This document shows, piece after piece, positions 7,863 to 18,942 of a stretch of DNA of 64,000 nucleotides. How positions within the stretch are numbered: the first letter of the stretch is position 1; each line of letters begins with the position of its first letter. A model generated the notes under the pieces. It did not search any database. It worked only from the letters and a program-made list of their open reading frames with translations, and had not been told where the DNA came from. Source of the DNA: a virus; IMG/VR virus record IMGVR_UViG_3300025426_000014; one strand, written 5' to 3'. Both the position numbers and the translations under genes were made by a program.

Positions 7863-10444
7863 ACGGTTATCCTATTATTTTTGAATATTAAATATTTATC
7901 GCTAGCATATCCTGCCGCGGAAGTTATTGTGTATCTATCTATAGTATAGTCCAATTGAGTAAAATCAAATGGATTATGTTTTATGTTTAGTAAAATAGTA
8001 TCTGCTGTTCCTACTTTACAAAAACATAATGGAATAGCTAAAATATATCCTAACTGTTGTTTTTGTCCCGATTGTATTGTACGCATCCACAACGGCAGGT
8101 AATTTCTTTCAGTTGTACCAACTTGACTGATTCTAGTTTGCCAATTGGTTATACTGTTAGGAAAAACAGTATCAGGATTAGATGTATTAATTTCATAGCC
8201 TGTACTATCAACTGTAATAGTATAATTGGGTCTTTGTAAATCTGGATAGATACTATACAAGTCTGAAGGTTTATTGGTCCAAATTGAGTTGCTAAGATCC
8301 ACTGTTATTTTTTCAGATGCGTTTGTATTGGTTTTTATAGACAACGGTAAATGCTTACCGTTTGGTTCGAGTGGATCTACCATTTGCATATAGACTACTT
8401 CGTACACAGCGGAATTAGTTGCCGGATCAACAGCTACAGCTTTTTTTAAATTGCCAAATTGAAAACGTTTACGTTTCATGTTCAGCCCCATGGCACCGAC
8501 ATAAGCCGCTGCTGCCTCAGATTCTATTCCTGCATATACTAACATGGTTAAATCGGTTTGAATGCCAAAATTACTATCGTTAGGTCTGTAAATACTTTCA
8601 GGTGTGAATATATTACTATTACTGATAAAACTACTAAACAGAGTTCTTTGTTTAGGAACTAAGTAAGGTCTTGCTGTTATATTATTATAAATCACAGTAT
8701 TTGGACTGCTAATGGTTACTGAAAAAGTTCTTGTAATTGCACTATAACCGTATTGATCAGCGGCTTGAATACTAAAAGTATATATGCGGTCGAATGTTGT
8801 TAAACCTGAATCAAATGTGGTTGTAGAATTATCAAAACTAATAAGTCCTGCTACTCCTACTAACGAATTATTAAATTGATTAGGAATTCCAGTTAGCTCA
8901 CCGTCTGTTGTTAGTGTTATGCCTGGTGGCAGACTACCATCGACTAATTGATAAGTAACCACCGCATCAGCTATACTAGTTGTAGCAACAACACTTAATG
9001 TGGATATATAATCTGCCGGGATAACACCTAGATTTTCTGGTGTTATCCATGTAATAACACTATGCACACTGCCAAGTATTATTAGATAAAATGTTTTACT
9101 AGAACTCACTAGCTCTTCATTGGTATCTCCAGGTCGAGTTGCTGTAATTGTAAATGTGTATTTTTCAGAAACTGCAGGTTGATAAGGAACTATGCCGTAT
9201 AAATCTCCAGTTTCTCCATCAAAATTTACACCTGGAGGTAATTGACTAAGGCTTCCTATGTAAAATGCTGTATTGTTTGGTATTGTAATTGCCAATTTTG
9301 ATGATAATAATAATCTATATCTTGTAGATGATAACGGGGTTACTTGAAGTATTTGATATAATTGATCAGTAGCACCGTCTACATAAAAATCAAGTGTAAA
9401 ATATTGACCTACAATTGGCATTACAGATGCGTTATCAACAGTAATACTTGCACTGTTTAGTATGTTATCAGTCATAGAAATTTGATAAGCAACTGCATAA
9501 CAATCGTGATTTATTGGATCTATACGAAATACCACATTATTATTATCGTATAGCGCAACTGGTACCGTTAAATAATTATTTGATCTAAATACACCTAAAT
9601 TACTATCTGATAACCATTGAGGTTTTCTAACATAAGTACTATCGGCTGAAAAATTATCAGCAAGCCCGTCGTAGGTTGTACTATCAGCTCTAAATTCGTC
9701 AGTTCCTGCAACAAATATTTTAAAAACTCTTTGAGCATAATTGACACCGTCTGTAACTGTAATTTTAAACTGATAATTTAAACTTAAAGTTTGTGAAACT
9801 GTTGTAGGAATAAAATAATCAAATTGCACATCATCGTACTGATAACTATCAAATCCGTTATTGGATACTGCTCCAACATCAAATACGCTTGAATCATACC
9901 TGATATCATCATATCTTCCGCTTCCATCACTTATGCTAATTTTCGGCGCAGGCAGAATATATCCACTAATCAATCCTGAACTACTTAGACCAAGACCTGG
10001 AGGTAAACTTCCATCGCCCGATGCTATATAAAAATTTAAAGTTTTTCCGGTGACTACATTTAAATCACTAACTTCTATTTGATATTCTAAGTATGTTTGG
10101 TCTGTAGTATATAATTGTTGATTTGGACCTACAGGCAACAACCCTGCTGGTGTAACAAATATTGGAGGATTATTACCGTCGATAGTTATTGTAAAAGTTC
10201 TATCAGATACGTCTGATCTTAAACTTGCTCTAATACAGAATTCGTAACTAGTTATATTAGAAACAATATACGGGCTTCCGGTAATATGATTTCCAGAAAT
10301 ACTTAATCCACTAGGTAGCGATCCTGAAATTACTCGATATGATACTCCTGTGTCGTTTGTAACTGGTAATGGTATATTGACTGTAATTTGTTCTCGTAAG
10401 AACCCTAGAGAATATCCTGATAATTGTGTCCAGACGTTTAGCAT
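7859..10444 (-). CDS. Baseplate wedge-like protein with Ig-like (He_PIG) repeats
   Basis: Repeated G.LPPGL.L...G.I.G.P Ig motifs; C-terminal VYEVVY..MVD and YLPLWMRT.Q...LGY..AIPLCFCK typical of large-myovirus baseplate proteins. Confidence 0.7.
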   Translation of the reverse strand: MLNVWTQLSGYSLGFLREQITVNIPLPVTNDTGVSYRVISGSLPSGLSISGNHITGSPYIVSNITSYEFCIRASLRSDVSDRTFTITIDGNNPPIFVTPAGLLPVGPNQQLYTTDQTYLEYQIEVSDLNVVTGKTLNFYIASGDGSLPPGLGLSSSGLISGYILPAPKISISDGSGRYDDIRYDSSVFDVGAVSNNGFDSYQYDDVQFDYFIPTTVSQTLSLNYQFKITVTDGVNYAQRVFKIFVAGTDEFRADSTTYDGLADNFSADSTYVRKPQWLSDSNLGVFRSNNYLTVPVALYDNNNVVFRIDPINHDCYAVAYQISMTDNILNSASITVDNASVMPIVGQYFTLDFYVDGATDQLYQILQVTPLSSTRYRLLLSSKLAITIPNNTAFYIGSLSQLPPGVNFDGETGDLYGIVPYQPAVSEKYTFTITATRPGDTNEELVSSSKTFYLIILGSVHSVITWITPENLGVIPADYISTLSVVATTSIADAVVTYQLVDGSLPPGITLTTDGELTGIPNQFNNSLVGVAGLISFDNSTTTFDSGLTTFDRIYTFSIQAADQYGYSAITRTFSVTISSPNTVIYNNITARPYLVPKQRTLFSSFISNSNIFTPESIYRPNDSNFGIQTDLTMLVYAGIESEAAAAYVGAMGLNMKRKRFQFGNLKKAVAVDPATNSAVYEVVYMQMVDPLEPNGKHLPLSIKTNTNASEKITVDLSNSIWTNKPSDLYSIYPDLQRPNYTITVDSTGYEINTSNPDTVFPNSITNWQTRISQVGTTERNYLPLWMRTIQSGQKQQLGYILAIPLCFCKVGTADTILLNIKHNPFDFTQLDYTIDRYTITSAAGYASDKYLIFKNNRITV

Positions 10445-10462
10445 TATAAATTAAACTCCAGA

Positions 10463-11713
10463 TTATTGTCTGTACCAAGTATTGTATAAGTTACTATATA
10501 TAAATGTTATAGTAGTTGGATTGGTTACAGAAACAGACGTTAATCCGCCAACTATTGTACTTGTACCTGAAGGTGCTGTAGATACTGTTAAGGAATTAGT
10601 AGTTACCGTAAATTTACATATTTGGCCGTCTGTACTAGTTAGTGGTAATATTAAAATAGAATTTAAACTAGAAGAAGATACTAATAGTATATTTTCACTA
10701 ACTGTAGAACTTAAACGAACAAGACCTGAACTACTAATTGTAACAAAATTTGCAGGAGTTATATTAAGACCTTTTCTAGTTAATGATCCTCCTATTACAG
10801 TGTTGCCGGTTGCAGAATCCACTTCAAATTGTGTTCCGTTGACTGCAAAATTTCCAGTACAATAAATGTATCCACCTGCACTTATATTAGTTGCGCTAAC
10901 AGTTCCTGAAAAAATTGGATTAGTATTAAAAACTAAACTACCAGTACCAGTGTCATCGGAAATTACACTAGAAAGTTGTGCGCTAGTACTTGATGTAAAT
11001 TGACTTAATCCTGCTTCTCTTACAGCAACAGTTCCGCCAGTTGCCAATGATAAATTAATAACTCCTGATGCTGTTACACTTATATTGCCGCCTGTAGTTG
11101 TTAAATTGCCACCTAGGGTTAAAAAATGATTACCAACTTTTATATCATTTGGTGTGTCTAGTGATCCCAAATCATAATCATTTTTTAATGGATTTGCAAA
11201 CCCGTTAATATTAGTTCCGTTAAAATCTACAGAATATCCTTTAATGGATCGTTGATATCCAGTAGGGTATACTAATGTTCCAAAATCTAAATTTCCATCA
11301 CCTTCTATCATTACAGATAATAAATTATTATCTATTTGCATGTCATAATTAAACATTGTAGTTTGAACATCACCGCCAGAAATAATATGTCCATTAAGAT
11401 TTAAATCTCCACCTAACACAGGATTAGTTTGAGATTGTAAATTTGTTACAGCTGACAATAGCAATGTATTACCTTGATTGGTAATGTTAACACTACCATC
11501 GCTAACTAAGGTTTTAAATTCTAAATTTGATGTATTTGTGTTTTTTCCAGAAAACAGTGCTACGCCACTACCAAGATTAGCACCATTAGTTACAGCACCC
11601 TCGGCAAATAATGTTTGGAAGTTAGCATTAACTTTAAGAAATGCCGTGCGTAAGTCATCCCCAGTACCGTCGTTCGGGTAACTGCCTAGATTAATTGTTT
11701 GTATTGTTGTCAT
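10463..11713 (-). CDS. Baseplate/tail fibre protein
   Basis: INLGSYPNDGTGDDLRTAFLKVNANF (T4 gp9/gp10-like N-terminus); LGGDLNLNG motif. Confidence 0.7.
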   Translation of the reverse strand: MTTIQTINLGSYPNDGTGDDLRTAFLKVNANFQTLFAEGAVTNGANLGSGVALFSGKNTNTSNLEFKTLVSDGSVNITNQGNTLLLSAVTNLQSQTNPVLGGDLNLNGHIISGGDVQTTMFNYDMQIDNNLLSVMIEGDGNLDFGTLVYPTGYQRSIKGYSVDFNGTNINGFANPLKNDYDLGSLDTPNDIKVGNHFLTLGGNLTTTGGNISVTASGVINLSLATGGTVAVREAGLSQFTSSTSAQLSSVISDDTGTGSLVFNTNPIFSGTVSATNISAGGYIYCTGNFAVNGTQFEVDSATGNTVIGGSLTRKGLNITPANFVTISSSGLVRLSSTVSENILLVSSSSLNSILILPLTSTDGQICKFTVTTNSLTVSTAPSGTSTIVGGLTSVSVTNPTTITFIYSNLYNTWYRQ

Positions 11714-11744
11714 TTCGCGCTCTCTTTAGTATATTTACCCGTTT

Positions 11745-13109
11745 TTAAACATTGAATCTATTGCGCAACGCTGTATAGTTCTGCTGTATTTGTGTTGATG
11801 TTAGTTTAGTACTATACAAAAACATGTTAGCCACATAACCAAATGGTTGATCGCTGGCGCTTTGTATATTGCCCCAGGCGTAGTGATACTGCCCTGCTAC
11901 TGATTTAGCTACTGATGAACCTACCTGTTGTCCATTGATATAGAATGTTTGTCCACTAGCATCTCCTACTGTGGCCCATTGCGCCCAGACATCGCCGTAG
12001 GCACTTATATCATATCCTGAACTGTTAAATCCTGTGTTGCCAGGAAGATTGTCCCACATGCCCAATGTGTTAGTTCCATTGTTGACAATTATAGCGTGTC
12101 CCCCGGTTCCATAAGCTCTAAACAGAGTTCTATAACCACTGGTGGAGGATCTTACCCGTACCCAAGTGATATAGGTAAAATTTGAAGGTATCTGTATAGT
12201 GGTTGAATTGGAAAGAATAACTTGACCTGTAGAACTACAATTAAAACATCTCACTCCATTCAGTGTAGTATAGATATTGCTGTTGCTGAGTGTGTGGGTA
12301 TAGTTATTGCCCGACAGATCTTTCAAGCCAGTACCAGTGCCAGAATAGCTAGCATCATTGTTGGCGTCTAACCAGATAGCAAGATTAGTGGTAAGAATGT
12401 CAAAATACCCTCTACCAGCTATGTTATTGATATCTTGTTGTATTTCATTTAAGCTGAGAGCGCGGCCGTACACAGCACATGCCGCTATGTCTCCATTCCA
12501 ATAATTGTCTGCGTAACCTATGTTTTCATTACCGTTACTTACCCACTGGCTAAATGTTACACCTGTATTAGTTCCCGCAGGTTGTCCGTTAAAATAGTAT
12601 GATACAGTTCCATCTAAACTATGAGTAACCGCAACACTAAACCATTGTCCTAGTGTAAGAGGTATGTTGTTAGAAACACCACCTACTCCGTTGGCGCTGT
12701 AATGTATTTGATAAACGCCACTACTGGGGCTGTATATATAGGTGTTAAAGTTTCGTGTTCCTGCGGCTGTACCAAATAAACAACGATAAGTACCAGCAGT
12801 GATACTGGTCAATCTTGCTACCATAAACACGGTCTTGCCTGTGTAAGTTTGATTGTACTTGGCGGTAGCTGTACCAATATATTGCGAACCGCTACCATCC
12901 AAGCTAACATACCCACCATAACGATTGCTGTAAGTAGGGCTACCTGCGCTAGTGCCATTATTGCCGTTACCAGATAAGTCTGTATATGATGTGCCAGTGC
13001 CTGAATAGCTAGCTGACTTGCCTATGTCTATGTACAACAACGCACTTGCAGTATTGAAAGTGTTGTCGTACACACTGATGTTGGTTAGGGTTACGCCTTG
13101 TATGATCAT
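11745..13109 (-). CDS. Tandem LamG/ConA-like lectin-domain virion protein
   Basis: Two repeats of L..D.....SYSGTGT...DLSGN...Y.NGQ...Y...L...IQQ. Confidence 0.8.
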   Translation of the reverse strand: MIIQGVTLTNISVYDNTFNTASALLYIDIGKSASYSGTGTSYTDLSGNGNNGTSAGSPTYSNRYGGYVSLDGSGSQYIGTATAKYNQTYTGKTVFMVARLTSITAGTYRCLFGTAAGTRNFNTYIYSPSSGVYQIHYSANGVGGVSNNIPLTLGQWFSVAVTHSLDGTVSYYFNGQPAGTNTGVTFSQWVSNGNENIGYADNYWNGDIAACAVYGRALSLNEIQQDINNIAGRGYFDILTTNLAIWLDANNDASYSGTGTGLKDLSGNNYTHTLSNSNIYTTLNGVRCFNCSSTGQVILSNSTTIQIPSNFTYITWVRVRSSTSGYRTLFRAYGTGGHAIIVNNGTNTLGMWDNLPGNTGFNSSGYDISAYGDVWAQWATVGDASGQTFYINGQQVGSSVAKSVAGQYHYAWGNIQSASDQPFGYVANMFLYSTKLTSTQIQQNYTALRNRFNV

Positions 13110-13110
13110 A

Positions 13111-16100
13111 TTAGATATATTCCAATGCTACATGGCAGCACAACTGAGTTGAGATAGAGCCGCCGGTGGAAGCACCTACAGCAATCCAAGTCCCTGCCGG
13201 AGACCAGCTGGTAATATCAATTGCATTGTCACATACTCCACCAGTTCCTGTATAAACATAGGCATATCGTTTAACACCTATAGTACGGACCATTATACGA
13301 CTGGTTTGCCATATACCTTGATATGTAACACCTGCACGGAAGGGAACAGCATTGCCTGTAGTAGAACCATTATTAAACCATTGAGTTTTAAGATTGGTAT
13401 AAGTTAAGTATCTTAGACCAATAGCACCGTTAGTAGTTGGGCCAACTACGCCAGCACCATTAGAGCTTCCGCCAAATGTAGCCCAAACACCGTCGGCAGC
13501 ATTTGTACCAACCGAAGTAAACCAAGACCATTCCATTACAAAGTCTTTGGTAAAGTCGAACCCAGTTACATTCCAGGCCACAGATCCAGTTTGGTTAGTA
13601 GTGTTAGAAGTAAGTTGAACACCGTCGCTGGCATTTGAATATGTAGCATTATTCAGTATTGACCCAGTGATCGACCCGCCAGTTGCAGGTGTACCGTGAA
13701 TCATTGCTGTCCAATCGAACTTGCGTTGGTTGCCCCATACTGATCCGCCAACGGTTAGGTTAGCATTAGTCCCTGTCATTACAATATCGCCATTACTAGG
13801 CATTGTAAAGTTGCCAGTGTTGTCGAATAGATAAGAGTAGTTGCCAGCTACGAGTGTAACATTAGGCTGACTACCAACAATATTGGCTTGTTGTGTAACT
13901 GTAACATTGGTTAGGCTTGAGCCATCACCTACAAACTTGTTGGCAGTAACAGTGCCACCTACACCCACGCCGCCAGTAACTACCAATGCTCCAGTTGTGG
14001 TTGATATACTGGTATTAGTTGCATACATTAGTATCTGTGTACTAGTGGTAACAATCACATCTGCTAGTCCGTCAGGATTCAATACCAAGTTAGCATTAGA
14101 TCCTGCTGGAGTTGTTATCTGATTAGATACATTTAAGGTATTGGTAATAAATGTTCCAGTACCAGTTAGAGTAGCCAAAGTACTTGTACCGCCATACCAT
14201 TTGAAAGCATAGTTGCTAGTTGCACTAGGAATACTGGTCCATAATCCACCCGGTTCAATGCCAGTTGCGTAGTCAACAGTAGTAGGGGACTCTTGTTGAT
14301 AATAGGATATCTTAACACCAGTGCTAGTGGTAACGAAACTAGGAGGATTAACTCCTGTATTAGTAAAACTTATACTGGTAGACAAGTTATTTAGGCTAGC
14401 AGAACCACTTATACCTTGTACACCTTGTACACCGTTAGTTCCAGCAGTACCTTGGGCTCCAGTTGTTCCTTGTGTGCCATTAGTTCCAATACTACCAGCA
14501 GTACCTTGGGCTCCAGTTGTTCCTTGTGTGCCATTAGTTCCAATACTACCAGCAGTACCTTGGGAACCAGTAGAACCAGTTGTTCCTTGTGCGCCATTGG
14601 TGCCATTTGATCCAGCAGTACCTTGAGCACCAGTAGTACCCTGAGCTCCATGACTACTAAAAGAAACACCATTTAATGTTACAGAACCAGTTGAACTAAC
14701 AGCAAATGTATATGTTCCGCTGACCAGTGTAGATGTAGTACCACCGCTTACTGGCTGTCCGTTGATATAGATAGTAGTAGCACTGACCACATTGAATACA
14801 GTTGTGCCTGTACTATCAACCACAGGAGCATTGGTAACATTGCTGTAGTCTACGGTTCCTGTCCAGGCTGTATATTGTATAGAAGAATCGGGGAATGTTA
14901 TTCCGGCATTACCACTATTCGTTGTTAATCCAAATGTCCAAGTATTGTAAGTATAAGTACCTACTGGGTTACCAGAACCTAGACCAAATTGTGTGTCAGG
15001 ATTCCATGTAGTTAACGGATTAGTTAGTGTGCCTGTGTTTACATATAAAGGATGTGAAAAGTTTGGGTTATTAAGTTGCCACCCGCCATCATATGTGATA
15101 GAAGAATCACTACTGGGATTATAGTTAGCAGGTGCCCACTTAGGTGGTGTTTGGCCATTTAATCTTGTATATGTGCCTAATGCGCCACCCCAAACCAGTC
15201 CGCTATTATCTGAAATAGTTATTGTAATAGGAGCACCTTGTATAACTACAGGATCACCGGTTAAACTTCCTGGCAACTCTAAAATACCATTCCAGCCAAA
15301 AGTCCAAGTACTATAAGCAACATCAACGCTATCGCCTGTGGTGATTTTAACAGGATAGTAACTGTTGATATCAAAATGTCCGCTACCGCCTAACCCCGGA
15401 ACTTGATAGTTTAATGATCCGGGTAATGATGTACTGCCATCTGTATTAAATGACCAAGAATGTGTTTCTCCGTTAGTGTTTATCTGTACAGGTCCGTTAT
15501 CAAACAACCATACTTCACTATAGTTGGTTCCACCAGTATAGATATCTATGGCTGTTCCTGTAGAATTTGCGTAAATGTACTGTACATTATTCAATTGAAG
15601 ACCTTGACTACCGTCTAGGGCTATTGATTGGTTACCGTTGACTAATGTATTTGTTGATGTGATGTAACCTAGATCGTTAGTGAACGCCGAAATGTGAGTG
15701 GGCACAGAAGGTTCAGGAGCCGCATCAACCCAAGTGCCGTCGTAGTAAACATAACTTCTACCACTGCCGATATCATACCATAGTGTACTGGTACTTGCAG
15801 GAACAGGAGGAGTACTGCTTTGTATAACACCACCACTGTGGAATAGTTCACCGTTTAGTGTAATAGAACCAGATGTGGTTAGTGTAAATCTATAAGGACC
15901 GTTGATCAGTGTGCCACCTGGAAACTCTGCTGGACTTCCGTCTGCGTGTTCAATAATAGCACCTGCGGGAATAACAAAGTTACCTGCTGTATTTACAGAC
16001 ACGGTGTATGTACCGTAACCGATTGTACTGATAGTGCTGCCTGTAACAGCACCTAACCATTTAACCCCGTCCCAGGTATATACTATACCATTTGCGTTTG

Positions 16101-16149
16101 CGTATTGTTGTCCAACTGTGGGGTTGCTTGGAAAATGTAGTAATGACAT
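13111..16149 (-). CDS. Tail fibre with collagen-like segment and C-terminal lectin-like domain
   Basis: FPSNPTVGQ.Y...YTWDGVKW N-terminus; (Gly-X-Y)n tract; VQLT....Q.GS.W...ADG...GASTGG legume-lectin-like C-terminus. Confidence 0.75.
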   Translation of the reverse strand: MSLLHFPSNPTVGQQYANANGIVYTWDGVKWLGAVTGSTISTIGYGTYTVSVNTAGNFVIPAGAIIEHADGSPAEFPGGTLINGPYRFTLTTSGSITLNGELFHSGGVIQSSTPPVPASTSTLWYDIGSGRSYVYYDGTWVDAAPEPSVPTHISAFTNDLGYITSTNTLVNGNQSIALDGSQGLQLNNVQYIYANSTGTAIDIYTGGTNYSEVWLFDNGPVQINTNGETHSWSFNTDGSTSLPGSLNYQVPGLGGSGHFDINSYYPVKITTGDSVDVAYSTWTFGWNGILELPGSLTGDPVVIQGAPITITISDNSGLVWGGALGTYTRLNGQTPPKWAPANYNPSSDSSITYDGGWQLNNPNFSHPLYVNTGTLTNPLTTWNPDTQFGLGSGNPVGTYTYNTWTFGLTTNSGNAGITFPDSSIQYTAWTGTVDYSNVTNAPVVDSTGTTVFNVVSATTIYINGQPVSGGTTSTLVSGTYTFAVSSTGSVTLNGVSFSSHGAQGTTGAQGTAGSNGTNGAQGTTGSTGSQGTAGSIGTNGTQGTTGAQGTAGSIGTNGTQGTTGAQGTAGTNGVQGVQGISGSASLNNLSTSISFTNTGVNPPSFVTTSTGVKISYYQQESPTTVDYATGIEPGGLWTSIPSATSNYAFKWYGGTSTLATLTGTGTFITNTLNVSNQITTPAGSNANLVLNPDGLADVIVTTSTQILMYATNTSISTTTGALVVTGGVGVGGTVTANKFVGDGSSLTNVTVTQQANIVGSQPNVTLVAGNYSYLFDNTGNFTMPSNGDIVMTGTNANLTVGGSVWGNQRKFDWTAMIHGTPATGGSITGSILNNATYSNASDGVQLTSNTTNQTGSVAWNVTGFDFTKDFVMEWSWFTSVGTNAADGVWATFGGSSNGAGVVGPTTNGAIGLRYLTYTNLKTQWFNNGSTTGNAVPFRAGVTYQGIWQTSRIMVRTIGVKRYAYVYTGTGGVCDNAIDITSWSPAGTWIAVGASTGGSISTQLCCHVALEYI
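14441..14564. repeat. Exact 54-bp tandem repeat (~2.3 copies) in collagen-like tract
   Basis: ccagcagtaccttgggctccagttgttccttgtgtgccattagttccaatacta at 14441 and 14495, partial at 14549; encodes GTAGSIGTNGTQGTTGAQ. Confidence 0.9.
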
Positions 16150-16166
16150 TATTGTGTTTCCTGTTA

Positions 16167-18818
16167 TTACATTAGTTGTTCTATGCTAATGAAGTTTGTA
16201 TTGTAAGAAGATCCTGTTATAGCAGTTATTCTATAGGCTTTTTGACTATTAGGTATTGTTAATACCATTTCTGCTCGATCTCCAGGATTTAGCGATGTAC
16301 CGCCTAGTACTGTTCCGGCTGTTGTAAAGGCAACTGAGTTTCCGTTTACAACATTGATCGAACCAGCATAGAATGTTGACAAGTTGTATGTAGCAGTGAA
16401 TACTCCAGTTACTGCTCCTACTTTCAAGTTGTTACCAACTCCTGACCATTCTGCGTAGACATTGTCAAATGTTACAGGATTTCCTGAAATGACAAATGAC
16501 GACAACTTGGTCACTGCTGTAGATGTATTAGCCGCTGTGGTAAATGGGACCTTGCCCCATACATTAGTGGTCCCACTTGGATTAACCAGTGTGTATGTCA
16601 ATCCAGGAATGTAGTTATTGAGATAAGTTGATTCACCAACTCTCCAATATGGAGTATTATAAGGTCCAAACAAACCGCTGGTCACATTGGTAATAGTCAT
16701 CAACGGACCACCGATTGGATCGTGTATTTCCCAACCTATTTGTGGCTGTGGATATGAGCCTTGAATAATATCAATGTAGAAAACATTTGTACCTGTATCA
16801 ACAGTGGTTACATTATAGTTAGTTTGAACATAGTTTTCATAACAAATGTATAGATCTGAACCATCATAGGCAAAATCACCTATTGTATCTCCAGGATTAC
16901 CTACCAATGATGGTGGAGGACTAACCGGTCTTAACTTAACACCATTGTTTAATAGGCTAACTGCTGTTGTAGCTGATATAGCATAAGAAGCTGTTACAGA
17001 GTAAGAACTACTAGAAGCAAAGGCAGATGTAATGCCTGTACCTGTGTAGGCTGTGGTTTGAACAGTGCCATCTGGAAACTGAACACTACCGGTAGATAGC
17101 ACTGCTAGTGTGTAAGTTCCGTAGTTGATGTGATTAGTTAGTGTGCCTGCTGCTATTGTGGCTGTGGTTGCGCTGGCCTGAACGCTACCATCGGGCCATG
17201 TAATACTACCGTCAGGATTGAACTGCCATGTATAGGTAGTGCCGCCATTAAATGTTGACAGTTTTACAGGCGCTGCCGAAACATCGCTGGCAATCAATCC
17301 GCCGCCGCTTGTTGCTGTAACTGTGATAGTGGGTGTTGTTCCGTAATCTATAACTAGGCCGCCTGGTAATATAAAGTTACCCGCTGTGGTCAATGTTGCA
17401 GTATGATTATTGTTAGTTAATGAGTTAGCACTTACATATTGATTAATAGTACTGGTTGTTACATATCCCAAACTATAAACATTGGCATATGTGAGATAAC
17501 CTTTGTCATTAATAAATGTAGATATGTTAGTAGTTGTTAGTGATGCCGTGGTAACGATGTTGGCTGTACCAGTGATGTTGTTCCATGCCACAGTGCCAGT
17601 ATAAGCAGTGGTTTGGAAAGTGCTATCAGCAAACTCGATGTTACCGTGTGGTCCACCATTTAGCACAGTTGATACCACAAATGTAGCACTGGTTCCGCTG
17701 TTAGAGTTATTAATATAAACAACATCTCCAATAGAGTAACCACCGCCTCGATTATTAATACTCAAGGAGTTAATACTTCCTCCCGGAGCATGGAAATCAA
17801 CTGTCAAGCCTGTTCCGCTACCGCCTGTAGTTTGTACATTGGTTCCAGTTGAAGGATAGTTAGTACCACTTGTGGCTAATGTTATCGATGTAGGAGGTCC
17901 GGAAACATTATTGTAACCCACTCTTAAATAGGTTAGATTTATTTCCCCCATTTCTGGATTAATGGAAACATTGTTAGTTGAATATAATGTAGCGGTATTG
18001 CCAATACCATCTGCCAATAATATTCTCAAAAAGGTATTATAAGCATTACCCTCTTGTGGTATTGTGTAGGCTGTATCTTGTACAGTTCCATTGTTAAATG
18101 TAACACTACCGTTGGCGTTTAATGTAAATGTACTAGTACCGTTTTCTAAACTACTATGTGTTGGTTCAACCCAATGATATCCGCCAGCACCGTCGTCATA
18201 TAAGAAACCAGCAGTGCTAGTTGTAGGGGCAATGGTAGAAGTAATAGTGATACTTTGGTGTCCAGGAGTATCGTTGGTAGCAAGTTCTATACCGTTACCA
18301 GCAACAAATGTCAATGTATCCAGCCCAACCGCAGTTAGTGTATTGGCATTGGCAATCTCGATGTATTTAAAAGTAGAGTTCATGCCAATCAATACCGCGC
18401 CATTGCCCTGATCAGTTACACTAAAAGCAGATTCAGTATCAAAATTTAAGTGTGTAACATTGGTAACTGTGTTAGAACCTGTGCCAGTTATACTATTAAA
18501 CAAGCCAACTTCTTGAATATATCCGGCATATTGCCCAATGGTAGCAGTGGTAATAAATGAACTTTGTTGACTTTGTTCGCTAGGACTAGCATCGATCCAA
18601 GTTCCATCGTAATATACATAGGTTCTACCACTTACAGTATCATACCATAGTGTTGTTGTACTGGCAGGAACCGGAGGTTGATCACTTTGAACAAGTTGAT
18701 TAATAGCACCATCGTATAATAGGCCAAAATTGGCATTAATTTTATTAAATGCTGTTCTTAATGTGTCACCGTCGCCCGCATTTGGGGCAGATCCGGTGTT
18801 AATATACGAAATTGTCAT
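16167..18818 (-). CDS. Tail fibre protein
   Basis: INTGSAPNAGDGDTLRTAFNKINANF N-terminus; repeated G.I.F.DG..Q.TAYTG modules; Thr/Ser/Gly-rich. Confidence 0.75.
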   Translation of the reverse strand: MTISYINTGSAPNAGDGDTLRTAFNKINANFGLLYDGAINQLVQSDQPPVPASTTTLWYDTVSGRTYVYYDGTWIDASPSEQSQQSSFITTATIGQYAGYIQEVGLFNSITGTGSNTVTNVTHLNFDTESAFSVTDQGNGAVLIGMNSTFKYIEIANANTLTAVGLDTLTFVAGNGIELATNDTPGHQSITITSTIAPTTSTAGFLYDDGAGGYHWVEPTHSSLENGTSTFTLNANGSVTFNNGTVQDTAYTIPQEGNAYNTFLRILLADGIGNTATLYSTNNVSINPEMGEINLTYLRVGYNNVSGPPTSITLATSGTNYPSTGTNVQTTGGSGTGLTVDFHAPGGSINSLSINNRGGGYSIGDVVYINNSNSGTSATFVVSTVLNGGPHGNIEFADSTFQTTAYTGTVAWNNITGTANIVTTASLTTTNISTFINDKGYLTYANVYSLGYVTTSTINQYVSANSLTNNNHTATLTTAGNFILPGGLVIDYGTTPTITVTATSGGGLIASDVSAAPVKLSTFNGGTTYTWQFNPDGSITWPDGSVQASATTATIAAGTLTNHINYGTYTLAVLSTGSVQFPDGTVQTTAYTGTGITSAFASSSSYSVTASYAISATTAVSLLNNGVKLRPVSPPPSLVGNPGDTIGDFAYDGSDLYICYENYVQTNYNVTTVDTGTNVFYIDIIQGSYPQPQIGWEIHDPIGGPLMTITNVTSGLFGPYNTPYWRVGESTYLNNYIPGLTYTLVNPSGTTNVWGKVPFTTAANTSTAVTKLSSFVISGNPVTFDNVYAEWSGVGNNLKVGAVTGVFTATYNLSTFYAGSINVVNGNSVAFTTAGTVLGGTSLNPGDRAEMVLTIPNSQKAYRITAITGSSYNTNFISIEQLM

Positions 18819-18861
18819 CTTGGGAATCCTTGGGTTTGGCTACGGTTCATCCAGTATTTAG

Positions 18862-18890
18862 TTGCTCTTTGAACAAACCTATGCTATAAT
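18862..18890 (+). promoter_or_regulatory. sigma70-type promoter for HNH gene
   Basis: TTGCTC-17-TATAAT with TG extension; TAAATA also present just downstream (~18913). Confidence 0.55.
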
Positions 18891-18942
18891 AAAATGGTAA
18901 CATTTACACAGATAAATATTGGTATATGAAAGAAAGTAGAAA

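Noticed and set aside
11745-18818. Diversity-generating retroelement TR/VR pairs in fibre genes
   Set aside because: The repeats differ at synonymous, non-adenine-specific positions, and there is no reverse transcriptase in the window.
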